Source: Thermoplasmatota archaeon
GTDB lineage: Archaea > Thermoplasmatota > Thermoplasmata > UBA10834
Reading direction: 5' to 3'
Length of the DNA stretch: 64,000 nucleotides
Assembly: GCA_040751795.1 (NCBI GenBank)
Contig: JBFMHR010000005.1
Location: 212,141-276,140 of the forward strand
Both the position numbers and the translations under genes were made by a program. This document shows, piece by piece, positions 56,009 to 64,000 of the stretch. The notes under the pieces are model-generated. The model worked only from the letters and a program-made list of their open reading frames with translations, searched no databases and was not told the origin of the DNA. How positions within the stretch are numbered: the first letter of the stretch is position 1; every line of letters begins with the position of its first letter.

Positions 56009-56040
56009 GTACGAAAAGTATGAAAAGTGTGATTAGTATG
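56009..56040 (+). promoter_or_regulatory. 9-bp periodic direct repeats over the AbrB gene start, candidate autoregulatory operator
   Basis: GTACGAAAA GTATGAAAA GTGTGATTA GTATG, downstream of TTGATATA. Confidence 0.45.
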
Positions 56041-56295
56041 CGTCCACACGACATGGAGGTCTACGGGACCGTGAAGGTCGGGGAACGGGGACAGGTGGTG
56101 ATCCCATCAGCTGCGAGGGAGGCCATCGGGATCAAGCCCGGCGACAGCCTCCTCGTGATAAGCACCCCGCACAGGGACGGCGTGGCCATGATCAATGCCG
56201 AGGTGGTCAAGATGATGGTCAAGAAGATGAACCTCGGCCTGTCGCAGGTCGAGTCAGGCGACGGGAAGCCGCGGCCCAAGGGGCGGAAGCGCTGA
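56038..56295 (+). CDS. AbrB/MazE/SpoVT-family regulator
   Basis: YGTVKVGERGQVVIPSAAREAIGIKPGDSLLV; start 56020 or 56038. Confidence 0.92.
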   Translation: MRPHDMEVYGTVKVGERGQVVIPSAAREAIGIKPGDSLLVISTPHRDGVAMINAEVVKMMVKKMNLGLSQVESGDGKPRPKGRKR

Positions 56296-56340
56296 GGCCG
56301 CGCCAGTACTCGAGACCGAATGCATCGCAGGGATGATCAC

Positions 56341-57318
56341 ATGTCAGGGAAGATAATCGAGGTCCAGGGCCTCTCGCACTCCTTCGGGGACTTCAAGGCC
56401 GTCGACGACATCAGCTTCTCGGTGGAGGAGGGGGAGATATTCTCGTTCCTCGGGCCCAACGGGGCAGGGAAGAGCACGACGATCAACGTCCTCACCACCC
56501 AGCTCGATTGCCAGAAGGGTTCCGCCAGCGTCTGCGGGTTCGACGTCCGCGCCAGGCCGCACGACGTGAGGAAGTCGATAGGCATAGTGTTCCAGGACGA
56601 GGTCCTCGACCGCGACCTGACCGTCCGCGAGACGCTGGAGTTCCACGGCCGGATATACTCGATGCCGCGCGACCAGCGGGTCGCCAGGGAGAAGGAGCTC
56701 ATAGAGCTGGTGGAGCTCGGGGACAAGTGGGACGAGAGGACGAAGCACCTGAGCGGCGGGATGAAGAGGCGGCTCGAGATCGCGCGGGGGCTCATGACCC
56801 GGCCGAGGGTGCTGTTCCTGGACGAGCCGACGATAGGGCTGGACCCGCAGACCCGCCTGCGCATCTGGGACTACATCAAGGGCATCAACGAGGAGGGCAC
56901 GACGATCTTCCTCACCACCCACTACATGGACGAGGCCGACAAGCTCAGCGACCGCGTCGAGATCATCGACCACGGGAGGATAATCGCGAAGGGCACGGCC
57001 GAGTCGCTGAAGAACACCCTCGGCAAGGACATGATGTACCTGGAGACAGGGGACGACGAGAGGGCGGCCTCGGCCGCCAAGACGGTCCCCGAGGTCTCCG
57101 AGGTCAAGCGCGTATCCAGCGGCCTCGAGCTGATACTGAGCGCCGACGGCGCGAAGGTGATGCCCAAGGTGCTCCGTTCCGTGGAGGGCGAGGGCATAGC
57201 CATCCTGAGCGTGAAGATGAAGAAGCCATCGCTGGACGACGTCTTCGTCCACTACACGGGCCGCGAGATCAGGGACGGCCTGGTCGAGGGCAACAGCCTG
57301 AAGATGAGGAGGCACTGA
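56341..57318 (+). CDS. ABC-2 (DrrA-like) exporter ATP-binding subunit
   Basis: GPNGAGKST, LSGGMKRR, FLDEPT, TTHYM, PSLDDVF. Confidence 0.95.
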   Translation: MSGKIIEVQGLSHSFGDFKAVDDISFSVEEGEIFSFLGPNGAGKSTTINVLTTQLDCQKGSASVCGFDVRARPHDVRKSIGIVFQDEVLDRDLTVRETLEFHGRIYSMPRDQRVAREKELIELVELGDKWDERTKHLSGGMKRRLEIARGLMTRPRVLFLDEPTIGLDPQTRLRIWDYIKGINEEGTTIFLTTHYMDEADKLSDRVEIIDHGRIIAKGTAESLKNTLGKDMMYLETGDDERAASAAKTVPEVSEVKRVSSGLELILSADGAKVMPKVLRSVEGEGIAILSVKMKKPSLDDVFVHYTGREIRDGLVEGNSLKMRRH

Positions 57319-57320
57319 CC

Positions 57321-58157
57321 ATGGGCAGGGAGTTCCTCACCGTGTACTGGAGGGAGATGATCAGGTTCGTGAGGTTCAAGGGGCAGCTGTTCGCGGCCCT
57401 AGTCCAGCCGGCGCTGTGGCTACTCCTGTTCGGCATAGCGATGAGCAGCAACTTCACGAACGACGCCGTGGTCTTCCCGACCATACCCGGCGTGATCAAC
57501 GTCGACTACCTCACGTTCATGGCCGCGGGGGTCATGGCGATGACCGCACTGTTCACATGCCTCTTCGGGGGCATGGGCCTCCTCTTCGACAAGAACTGGG
57601 GCATCATGAAGGAGATGCTGGCCAGCCCGATGCCGTCGTACCACATCCAGCTCGGCGTCGGCCTCGGGGGAGTGACCAAGTCGCTGATACAGGTCGGCCT
57701 CATCATGGGCTTCGGCCTCCTGCTCGGCGTGGAGTTCTTCCCAGGGTTCTCCGTGGCCGAGGCCGCCGCCGCGGTGTTGGGGATATTCGCCTTCGTGGTC
57801 GTCTTCTCCGCGGGGTTCATATTCCTCTCGGCCGGCCTCGCGATGAGGGTCGAGAGCATGGAGAGCGTCCAGGCGATGATGACCCTGCTCACCATGCCGC
57901 TGATGTTCTCGAGCAACGCCCTCTACTCCACCGCCTCGTTCCCGGCGTGGCTCCAGGCGATATCGTCCGTCAACCCGCTGACCTACTTCGTGAACGGGAT
58001 CAGGTACTTCGCCCTCGGAGGGGACTTCACGGCGCTCGGAACCCACTACGAGTACGCGAGCGGGGACATCCTCGCCTCCTTCGCCTACCTGCTGGTGTTC
58101 GCTGGGCTGACCTTCGTCTTCGCGTGGCGCTCGTTCAAGAAGGCGAAGGTGACCTGA
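57321..58157 (+). CDS. ABC-2 exporter permease
   Basis: WREMIRF, QPALWL, YLTFMAAGV, FSSNALY..PAWLQ..NPLTYFVNGIR. Confidence 0.93.
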   Translation: MGREFLTVYWREMIRFVRFKGQLFAALVQPALWLLLFGIAMSSNFTNDAVVFPTIPGVINVDYLTFMAAGVMAMTALFTCLFGGMGLLFDKNWGIMKEMLASPMPSYHIQLGVGLGGVTKSLIQVGLIMGFGLLLGVEFFPGFSVAEAAAAVLGIFAFVVVFSAGFIFLSAGLAMRVESMESVQAMMTLLTMPLMFSSNALYSTASFPAWLQAISSVNPLTYFVNGIRYFALGGDFTALGTHYEYASGDILASFAYLLVFAGLTFVFAWRSFKKAKVT

Positions 58158-58193
58158 GGGGCCCCGGAGGGCCCTCCCCGGGCCCCCCGTTTC
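58157..58193 (+). terminator. GC-rich hairpin after the ABC operon
   Basis: GGGGCCCCGGAGGGCCCTCCCCGGGCCCCCCGTTT. Confidence 0.4.
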
Positions 58194-58346
58194 CGTACGC
58201 GCACCGCCCGAAAGAGCACCATTTATCATCGTATTGCCAGCAGCCTTAAATACGGTCTCAGGGATGCCTCGCCCCGAGGCATTCGGACGGAGCCGAGAAC
58301 GCCCCTCAACCGCTTCGCCGGGACGGGGGCGGGATAGGGTGCTAAG

Positions 58347-59177
58347 ATGTATGACGTAGTGAAGGCGGAGAAGCTCACCCCTGACGTGACGAGGATTGTT
58401 TTGAAGGCGCCGCACATAGCGAAGAAGGCCAAGGCGGGGCAGTTCGTCATGCTCACGGTGGACGAGCACGGCGAGAGGATCCCCCTGACGATGGCGGACT
58501 TCTCGGCGAAGGACGGGACTGTGACCATAGCCGCCCTCGAGATCGGCAAGACGACCAAGAAGCTCGGGACCCTCAAGACGGGGGACAGGCTGTTCAGCCT
58601 GGTCGGGCCGCTCGGGCTGCCAACGGAGCTGCACAAGGTCGGGACGATCTGCTGCATAGGCGGCGGCATCGGGCTGGCGCTCATGTACCCGGTGGTCAGG
58701 GCGCTGAGGGAGGCCGGGAACAAGACCATATCCATCATAGGCGCGAAGAACGAGAAGCTCCTGATCTACGAGGAGGAGATCAAGGCCGTCAGCGACGAGT
58801 TCTACGTGTGCACGGACGACGGCTCGAAGGGGCACCACGGCTTCGTGAGCGACATCCTGAAGAAGCTCATCGAGGAGAAGAGGGACGTCAAGATGGTCTA
58901 CGCGGTCGGCCCCATCATCATGATGAAGGTCATATCGAACATAACGAAGCCACACGGGATACACACGGTCGTGAGCCTCAACCCGATAATGGTGGACGGC
59001 ACCGGCATGTGCGGCTCGTGCAGGGTCATCGTCGGCGGCGAGACCAAGTTCGGCTGCGTCGACGGGCCCGAGTTCGACGGCCACAAGGTGGACTTCGACA
59101 ACCTGATCGCCAGGAACCGGAGGTACATGGCCGAGGAGCAGGTCTCCCTGAAACGCTTCCAGGAGGAGGGGAGGTAG
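58347..59177 (+). CDS. nfnA: NfnA/SudB: FAD/NAD-binding [2Fe-2S] subunit of the bifurcating transhydrogenase
   Basis: GQFV..GERIPLT, GPLG, GGGIG, TDDGSKG, SLNPIMVDGTGMCGSCRV..CVDGPEFDG. Confidence 0.93.
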   Translation: MYDVVKAEKLTPDVTRIVLKAPHIAKKAKAGQFVMLTVDEHGERIPLTMADFSAKDGTVTIAALEIGKTTKKLGTLKTGDRLFSLVGPLGLPTELHKVGTICCIGGGIGLALMYPVVRALREAGNKTISIIGAKNEKLLIYEEEIKAVSDEFYVCTDDGSKGHHGFVSDILKKLIEEKRDVKMVYAVGPIIMMKVISNITKPHGIHTVVSLNPIMVDGTGMCGSCRVIVGGETKFGCVDGPEFDGHKVDFDNLIARNRRYMAEEQVSLKRFQEEGR

Positions 59178-60650
59178 ATGGCCGAGGAGCAGAAGAAGGC
59201 ACCGAGGAAGATCGTGCCCAAGAAGTACCCCATGCCCGAGCAGGACCCCAAGGTCAGGGTCACCAACTTCGACGAGGTCCCCATGGGCCAGGACGGCCAG
59301 ACGGCCATCCTCGAGGCGCAGAGGTGCCTCCAGTGCAAGCCCAGCCCCAACAGGAAGCTCTGCATGGACGGCTGCCCGGTCGAGATCAACATCCCCGGGT
59401 TCATCAAGCACGTCCAGGAGGGCGACTTCGCGGGGGCCATCAAGGTCATCAGGGAGAAGCAGAACCTCCCTGCCGTGTGCGGCAGGGTCTGCCCCTACGA
59501 GAACCAGTGCGAGGGCAACTGCGTCGTCGGCAAGAAGAACGAGCCGGTCGGCATAGGCAGGCTCGAGAGGTTCCTGGCCGACTGGGAGCGCAGGGAGCAG
59601 AAGCACGGCAAGATCGATGTGCCGCCCCCGACGGGGAAGAAGGTCGCGGTCGTCGGCGCGGGCCCCGCCGGCCTCACGGTCGCGGGCGACCTGGCGAAGC
59701 TGGGCCACAAGGTCACCGTGTTCGAGGCCCTGCAGTACTGCGGCGGCGTCCTCTCGTACGGCATCCCCGAGTTCAGGCTGCCCAAGGAGATCGTGAACGC
59801 CGAGGTGGACTACATCCGCAGGTCCGGCGTCGACATCAGGAACGACATGGTCGTGGGCAAGGTCGACACGGTCGACGACCTCCTGGAGGAGTACGACGCG
59901 GTCTTCGTCGGGACGGGCGCCGGCCTGCCCAACTGGACCGGGCTCGAGGGCGAGAACCTCAACGGCATCATGTCCGCCAACGAGTTCCTCACCAGGACCA
60001 ACCTGATGAAGGCGTTCAGGTTCCCCGAGTACGACACGCCCATACGCGTGGGCGACACGGTCGTCACGCTCGGCGGAGGGAACGTCGCGATGGACTGCGC
60101 CAGGACCTCCCTGAGGCTGGGCGCCAAGAAGTCGGTCATCCTCTACAGGCGTTCGGACGCGGAGCTCCCCGCGAGGCGCGAGGAGGTCCACCACGCGAAG
60201 GAGGAGGGCGTCCACTTCGAGCTGCTGGCGGCCCCGGTGAAGTTCATAGGGGACGACTGCGGGAACGTGAAGCAGGTCGAGGCCATCCGGATGCAGCTGG
60301 GCGAGCCGGACGCGTCGGGCAGGAGGAGGCCCATCAAGATCCCGGGCTCGGAGTTCAGGATCGACTGCCAGAACGTCCTCATCGCCATAGGGCAGAGCCC
60401 CAACCCGCTGGTCCCCATGACCACGCCGAACCTGAAGACGACCAAGGAGGGCACCATCGCCGTGGACGAGCACGGGAGGACCTCCAAGAAGGGCGTCTTC
60501 GCGGGAGGCGACATCGCGTCGGGGGCGGCGACAGTCATCCTCGCGATGGGCGACGGGAAGCGCGCGGCGAAGGCCATGCACAGGTTCATGACGGAGGACC
60601 CGTCGTGGCCCGCGCCCGAGGTCTTCGAGAAGATCGCGTGCGAGAAGTGA
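59178..60650 (+). CDS. nfnB: NfnB/SudA (GltD-like) flavoprotein
   Basis: EAQRCLQC..CMDGCP, CGRVCPYENQCE, GAGPAG, YGIPEFRLPK, GGGNVAMD, FAGGD. Confidence 0.93.
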   Translation: MAEEQKKAPRKIVPKKYPMPEQDPKVRVTNFDEVPMGQDGQTAILEAQRCLQCKPSPNRKLCMDGCPVEINIPGFIKHVQEGDFAGAIKVIREKQNLPAVCGRVCPYENQCEGNCVVGKKNEPVGIGRLERFLADWERREQKHGKIDVPPPTGKKVAVVGAGPAGLTVAGDLAKLGHKVTVFEALQYCGGVLSYGIPEFRLPKEIVNAEVDYIRRSGVDIRNDMVVGKVDTVDDLLEEYDAVFVGTGAGLPNWTGLEGENLNGIMSANEFLTRTNLMKAFRFPEYDTPIRVGDTVVTLGGGNVAMDCARTSLRLGAKKSVILYRRSDAELPARREEVHHAKEEGVHFELLAAPVKFIGDDCGNVKQVEAIRMQLGEPDASGRRRPIKIPGSEFRIDCQNVLIAIGQSPNPLVPMTTPNLKTTKEGTIAVDEHGRTSKKGVFAGGDIASGAATVILAMGDGKRAAKAMHRFMTEDPSWPAPEVFEKIACEK

Positions 60651-60770
60651 GGCCCCTGCGGACGGCCGGAAACCCCTTCGACAACCCCTTACCCTTGTTT
60701 GTACTATAAAAGCGCGCAGAGAATGTGCTATCGCTCAACGTTGCCGTCTAAAAGTCATGGCGTCCGGGGC

Positions 60771-62588
60771 TCACCTGTGCTTCAGCGGGAGGGTGAAGTG
60801 GAAGGTGCTCCCCTCGCTCTCCCTGCTCTCGAACCACATCTCGCCGCCGTGCTTCCTCACTATCTCCCGGCTCACGTACAGGCCTATGCCCACGCGCCCG
60901 TCCTCGCGCACGAGCCCCTCCTCCGCGAGGAAGAACCGGTCGAAGACCTTCTTCTTGTCCTCGTCGGTGATGCCGCGGCCGTTGTCCTTGACCCAGATGT
61001 GGACCCTGCCGCCCAGTATGTCGGCCCCGATGACGATCCTGCCGCCGTCGTCGGTGTACCTTATGGCGTTGTGGACCATGTTGAACATGACGTCGTGCAT
61101 GCGCAGCCGGTCCGCCTCCACCACGGGCAGCTCGCTGCCGAACATGACGGACAGCTGGTGCCTCCTCCGGGCCACGTCGCCCTCGAGCTCCTTGACGACC
61201 TCCCTGGTCAGCATGGCGAGGTTGACGGGCTCGACGTCCAGCGTCAGGGTGCCGTCCTGAAGGCGCGACATCTCCAGCATCTTGCCCACGAGGGCGTTGA
61301 TCCTGTTCACGGAGTCGACCATCGACTGCATCTTGTCCTTGAGCTTGGGGCTCGTGTCCCCGTACATGCCCTCGGAGGCCATCTCGAGGTAGCCCAGGAT
61401 GGTGGTGAGGGGGGTCCTGAGCTCGTGTGATATGGTGTTCACGAGGCTGTCCTTGGCCCTGTCCAGCTCCTTCATGTCCTCGAAGGCCTTCTGGACGGAC
61501 TCGAAGTTCTTCCTGAGCTCCTCCCTGAGCCTCGCGTTCTCGAGCGCGATGGCCGCGTGGGCCGCGAACGGCTCCGCGATCTCCCACTCGGAATGGGTGA
61601 ACTGCCTGCTCTTGTCCCTGTAGAGGTCCAGCACGCCCTCGACCTCCCCGGCCTTGCTCTTGAGGGGCACGCACATCATGGTCTGGCGGACCTCCTCCTC
61701 GTCTATTCCCGGGATGTCCTCCACGCGCTGGTCGTCCATGGAGTCCCTGACGATCTCGACCTTCCCGCTCCTCGCGACCTCCCCGGCGAGGCCGGTGATG
61801 GGGCCGATGTCCGCCAGCACCTCGGCGCTGTAGGGCCCGGTCGCGTAGACCGGTATGAGCAGGTTCCTCTCCCAGTCAACGAGGTAAACGCTGATCTCGT
61901 CGAACGGGACGAGCCTGTTCAGCCCCTCCGCGATCATCTTCAGAGTGTCGGCGAGGTCCACGGGCTCCTGGAGCCTCGCGGTGGTCTGGGCGAGGGTCCT
62001 GTAGAACGTGACGCTGCGGTTGAGCTCCTGGACCATCTCCGCGTTCGCCACTGCGATGGACGCGAGGGCGGCGAATATCTCCAGGTTCATGATGGTGGGC
62101 CCGGACGGTATCCTCCCGTCCCTCGGGCCGTCGGGCTGCAGGAACCCGACTATCTTCCCCGCCTGGTCCTCGAGGACCACGTACAGGATGTCGAGCTCGT
62201 GCCAGGCGTCGGGGGCCTTCCTGGGCTCGGACGCCCTCTCCGGGTGGAGGAGGCCGTAGTACGAGCCCGGGTCGTCCCCCGGCATCGCCCTGTAGAGGCG
62301 CGTGAACCTGCCCAGGGCCTCGCACCTGCTCAGGTCCTCGGCGACCGAGGCTTGCGTCTTTGTGAGCCTGTCAACCTTCGCGCGGACGTCGTCCGAGTAC
62401 CCGTTGGAGTCCCTCAGCACGAAGAGGTCCTTCTCCCTGTCCAGGAGGAACGCGTCGCACCCCTCGAAGCCGAAGTCCTCGGTCACTATCTTGATGATCT
62501 TGCCTATGAGCTCCTTGATGTCCCTGGTGCTCATCATCGAGGTCGTGAACTCGAGGGCCCGGTCCAAGCGTCCGTCTTGCAATGTCAA
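60771..62588 (-). CDS. Cytoplasmic double-GAF sensor histidine kinase
   Basis: Two GAF domains; H box ISHELRTPL, NMVHNAIRY, DNGRGI, FDRF, GIGL. Confidence 0.93.
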   Translation of the reverse strand: MTLQDGRLDRALEFTTSMMSTRDIKELIGKIIKIVTEDFGFEGCDAFLLDREKDLFVLRDSNGYSDDVRAKVDRLTKTQASVAEDLSRCEALGRFTRLYRAMPGDDPGSYYGLLHPERASEPRKAPDAWHELDILYVVLEDQAGKIVGFLQPDGPRDGRIPSGPTIMNLEIFAALASIAVANAEMVQELNRSVTFYRTLAQTTARLQEPVDLADTLKMIAEGLNRLVPFDEISVYLVDWERNLLIPVYATGPYSAEVLADIGPITGLAGEVARSGKVEIVRDSMDDQRVEDIPGIDEEEVRQTMMCVPLKSKAGEVEGVLDLYRDKSRQFTHSEWEIAEPFAAHAAIALENARLREELRKNFESVQKAFEDMKELDRAKDSLVNTISHELRTPLTTILGYLEMASEGMYGDTSPKLKDKMQSMVDSVNRINALVGKMLEMSRLQDGTLTLDVEPVNLAMLTREVVKELEGDVARRRHQLSVMFGSELPVVEADRLRMHDVMFNMVHNAIRYTDDGGRIVIGADILGGRVHIWVKDNGRGITDEDKKKVFDRFFLAEEGLVREDGRVGIGLYVSREIVRKHGGEMWFESRESEGSTFHFTLPLKHR

Positions 62589-62745
62589 GTGCCATCTGCA
62601 GGTGTGTATATCTCACTTTTGACACGGGGTATCGGCCCTGATAACGACGCACTGACGGCCGTCCCGCGGGCGCCCCAGACCGATATGCGCGATTGTGCAA
62701 TAATCGTGCAAAACCATATCTAGGTGGAACTGCATCGTACCACCG

Positions 62746-62937
62746 ATGACCGCCCCGATAGCATTCGACATGCACGCGTGCGACCGGAACCCCTACTGCC
62801 CCGTCACGAGGGTGTGCCCGACGGGGGCCATGCACATCGACAGGAGGACCTACTCCCCGGCATTCGACGCCTCCAAGTGCACGGGCTGCGGCACGTGCCT
62901 CACGAGCTGCCCGCACGGCGCGGTCCGCGCCGACTGA
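62746..62937 (+). CDS. Small ferredoxin
   Basis: CDRNPYCPVTRVCPTGA and CTGCGTCLTSCPHGA. Confidence 0.85.
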   Translation: MTAPIAFDMHACDRNPYCPVTRVCPTGAMHIDRRTYSPAFDASKCTGCGTCLTSCPHGAVRAD

Positions 62938-63339
62938 CTATTTCCAGAAGAACCCGCAGTGGCAGCGCCCGTTCCTCTCGACGTCCCCGCCCCTTGTGGG
63001 CTTGCAGGGGCACTGGTACTCGGGCGTGTGGAGCATCCTGCACGGGCAGTAGAAGTCGCCGAAGCGCCTCTGCTTGCCCACGAGCCCCTCTATGACGTCC
63101 TCCTTGACGTCCGAGAAACGGTACCCCCTCAGCTTCGCGAAGTTCTCCGACCTGTCGCGGATCTCCGCCTCCGTCATGGGGGCGACCCTGTCGCCGACCC
63201 ACGAGCTCCCCTCGGCCCTGAGGGTGAGCCTCTCCCCGCATATGGGGCAGACGACCTCGTCCCCCTCCCTCCAGCCCTCGACGAATCTGAACCTCGCCAG
63301 GCACACGGGGCAGTAGACCCTCCCCTGCTCCGCGGTCAT
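62938..63339 (-). CDS. Ferredoxin:thioredoxin reductase catalytic subunit with an N-terminal zinc-ribbon/rubredoxin-like domain
   Basis: CPVC..CPICG, then YCPCR..QCPC..RCHCGFF; its ATG overlaps the Grx stop. Confidence 0.88.
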   Translation of the reverse strand: MTAEQGRVYCPVCLARFRFVEGWREGDEVVCPICGERLTLRAEGSSWVGDRVAPMTEAEIRDRSENFAKLRGYRFSDVKEDVIEGLVGKQRRFGDFYCPCRMLHTPEYQCPCKPTRGGDVERNGRCHCGFFWK

Positions 63340-63587
63340 AGGCCGAGCGCCTTCCTGAGCCGCTCCTCGTCGTGGCCCACGATGACCTCGGAGCCGATGA
63401 GCACGACCGGGAACGACCTCCTCCCCGTGATCTTCTCGATCTCGACCAGCACGACCTCCGCCTCGTCGTCGTCCAGCGTGTCGACGTCCGTGTGCTCGTA
63501 CGGGACCTTGTGCTCGTCCAGGAACCTCTTGGTCCTCTTGCAGTAGGGGCACGTGCTCAGGGCGTATACCTTGACCTTCCTCTCCAT
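63336..63587 (-). CDS. Glutaredoxin
   Basis: YALSTCPYCKRTK..SFPVV..IVG; GAGGGTGG RBS. Confidence 0.92.
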   Translation of the reverse strand: MERKVKVYALSTCPYCKRTKRFLDEHKVPYEHTDVDTLDDDEAEVVLVEIEKITGRRSFPVVLIGSEVIVGHDEERLRKALGL

Positions 63588-64000
63588 CGGGCCACCCTCC
63601 TCGGGCGCTCGCTCACGGATTGCATTCGCCCGGATAATACACTTGTCCAGAACAGGTTCTGTATAAAATCGGATGATACATGTAGGGCGAAGTGCAAAGA
63701 CCCCGCGTCCCAATCGGTCTCCTCATGCCCGAAGAGGCATTCGCGCGGTCCGGTACGGCCGGCCCCGAAGGCGGCGTGCCGCGCCCGACATGTGGGAGGA
63801 ATCCTCATTCCCGAATGGGCGCGCAATCTGCTCCAGCCACCCCGGACAGTGTCTTAGAGACACTGCTGGGACCTGCTGGCCCGCCGCTACCAGCCGCCCG
63901 CGACAGGGCGGCAGGGGGCTTACGGTTCAGCCCCGGCGCGTCCCGGCATGACGTGATGATGGCCCTCTGCGACCCCGTGAGGGGCGCACGGCCGGAGCCG

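Noticed and set aside
56038-56295. AbrB/MazE as the antitoxin of a TA system
   Set aside because: Followed by an ABC exporter; no toxin gene
59178-60650. Calling the gene a stand-alone NADPH glutamate synthase (gltA/gltD)
   Set aside because: Coupling to a SudB/NfnA gene indicates NfnAB
1-64000. Many long alternative-frame and antisense ORFs (e.g. 57420-60581, 17201-19618, 17059-19434, 2272-3963)
   Set aside because: Arg/Gly/Pro-rich shadow ORFs expected at high GC; they overlap genes with clear family motifs
1-64000. tRNA, rRNA, SRP RNA, RNase P RNA, IS elements or integrases
   Set aside because: No diagnostic motifs recognised by eye in the intergenic regions; a covariance-model scan would be needed to exclude them fully

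Overview
GC-rich archaeal chromosomal window. Topoisomerase VI A/B, a DRG GTPase, a single-OB SSB with a Gly/Arg tail, a PEF-CTERM sorting signal, a protein-disulfide oxidoreductase and BRE/TATA promoters with leaderless genes identify it as archaeal. A Thermoplasmata-type host is an inference. I count about 60 densely packed genes and saw no rRNA, tRNA, CRISPR array, transposase or integrase. The content is amino-acid/nitrogen metabolism (gdhA, AspA-family lyase, carbamate kinase, class III aminotransferase, non-pyrrolysine MttB, an unusual four-gene glutamate-synthase-like operon, NfnAB/SudAB), redox defence (SOR, OsmC, PDO, Grx, FTR, ferredoxin), transporters, a CBS-HPF hibernation-factor-like protein and an envelope gene block at 7.8-18.7 kb. 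Best candidate for an undescribed system: a two-gene unit at 14074-18691. It pairs a doubly membrane-anchored surface protein carrying about 21 cytoplasmic xxNG (LTNG) repeats with a polytopic membrane protein carrying TPRs and a probable winged helix. Other leads are the GOGAT-like operon with a degenerate paralog and an FAD oxidoreductase, an unannotated 38-aa zinc-finger microprotein, a possible recoding site after the PDO gene, a recurring 3' AAACCCYTT motif and several structured intergenic regions. All calls come from reading motifs by eye; no searches were run.
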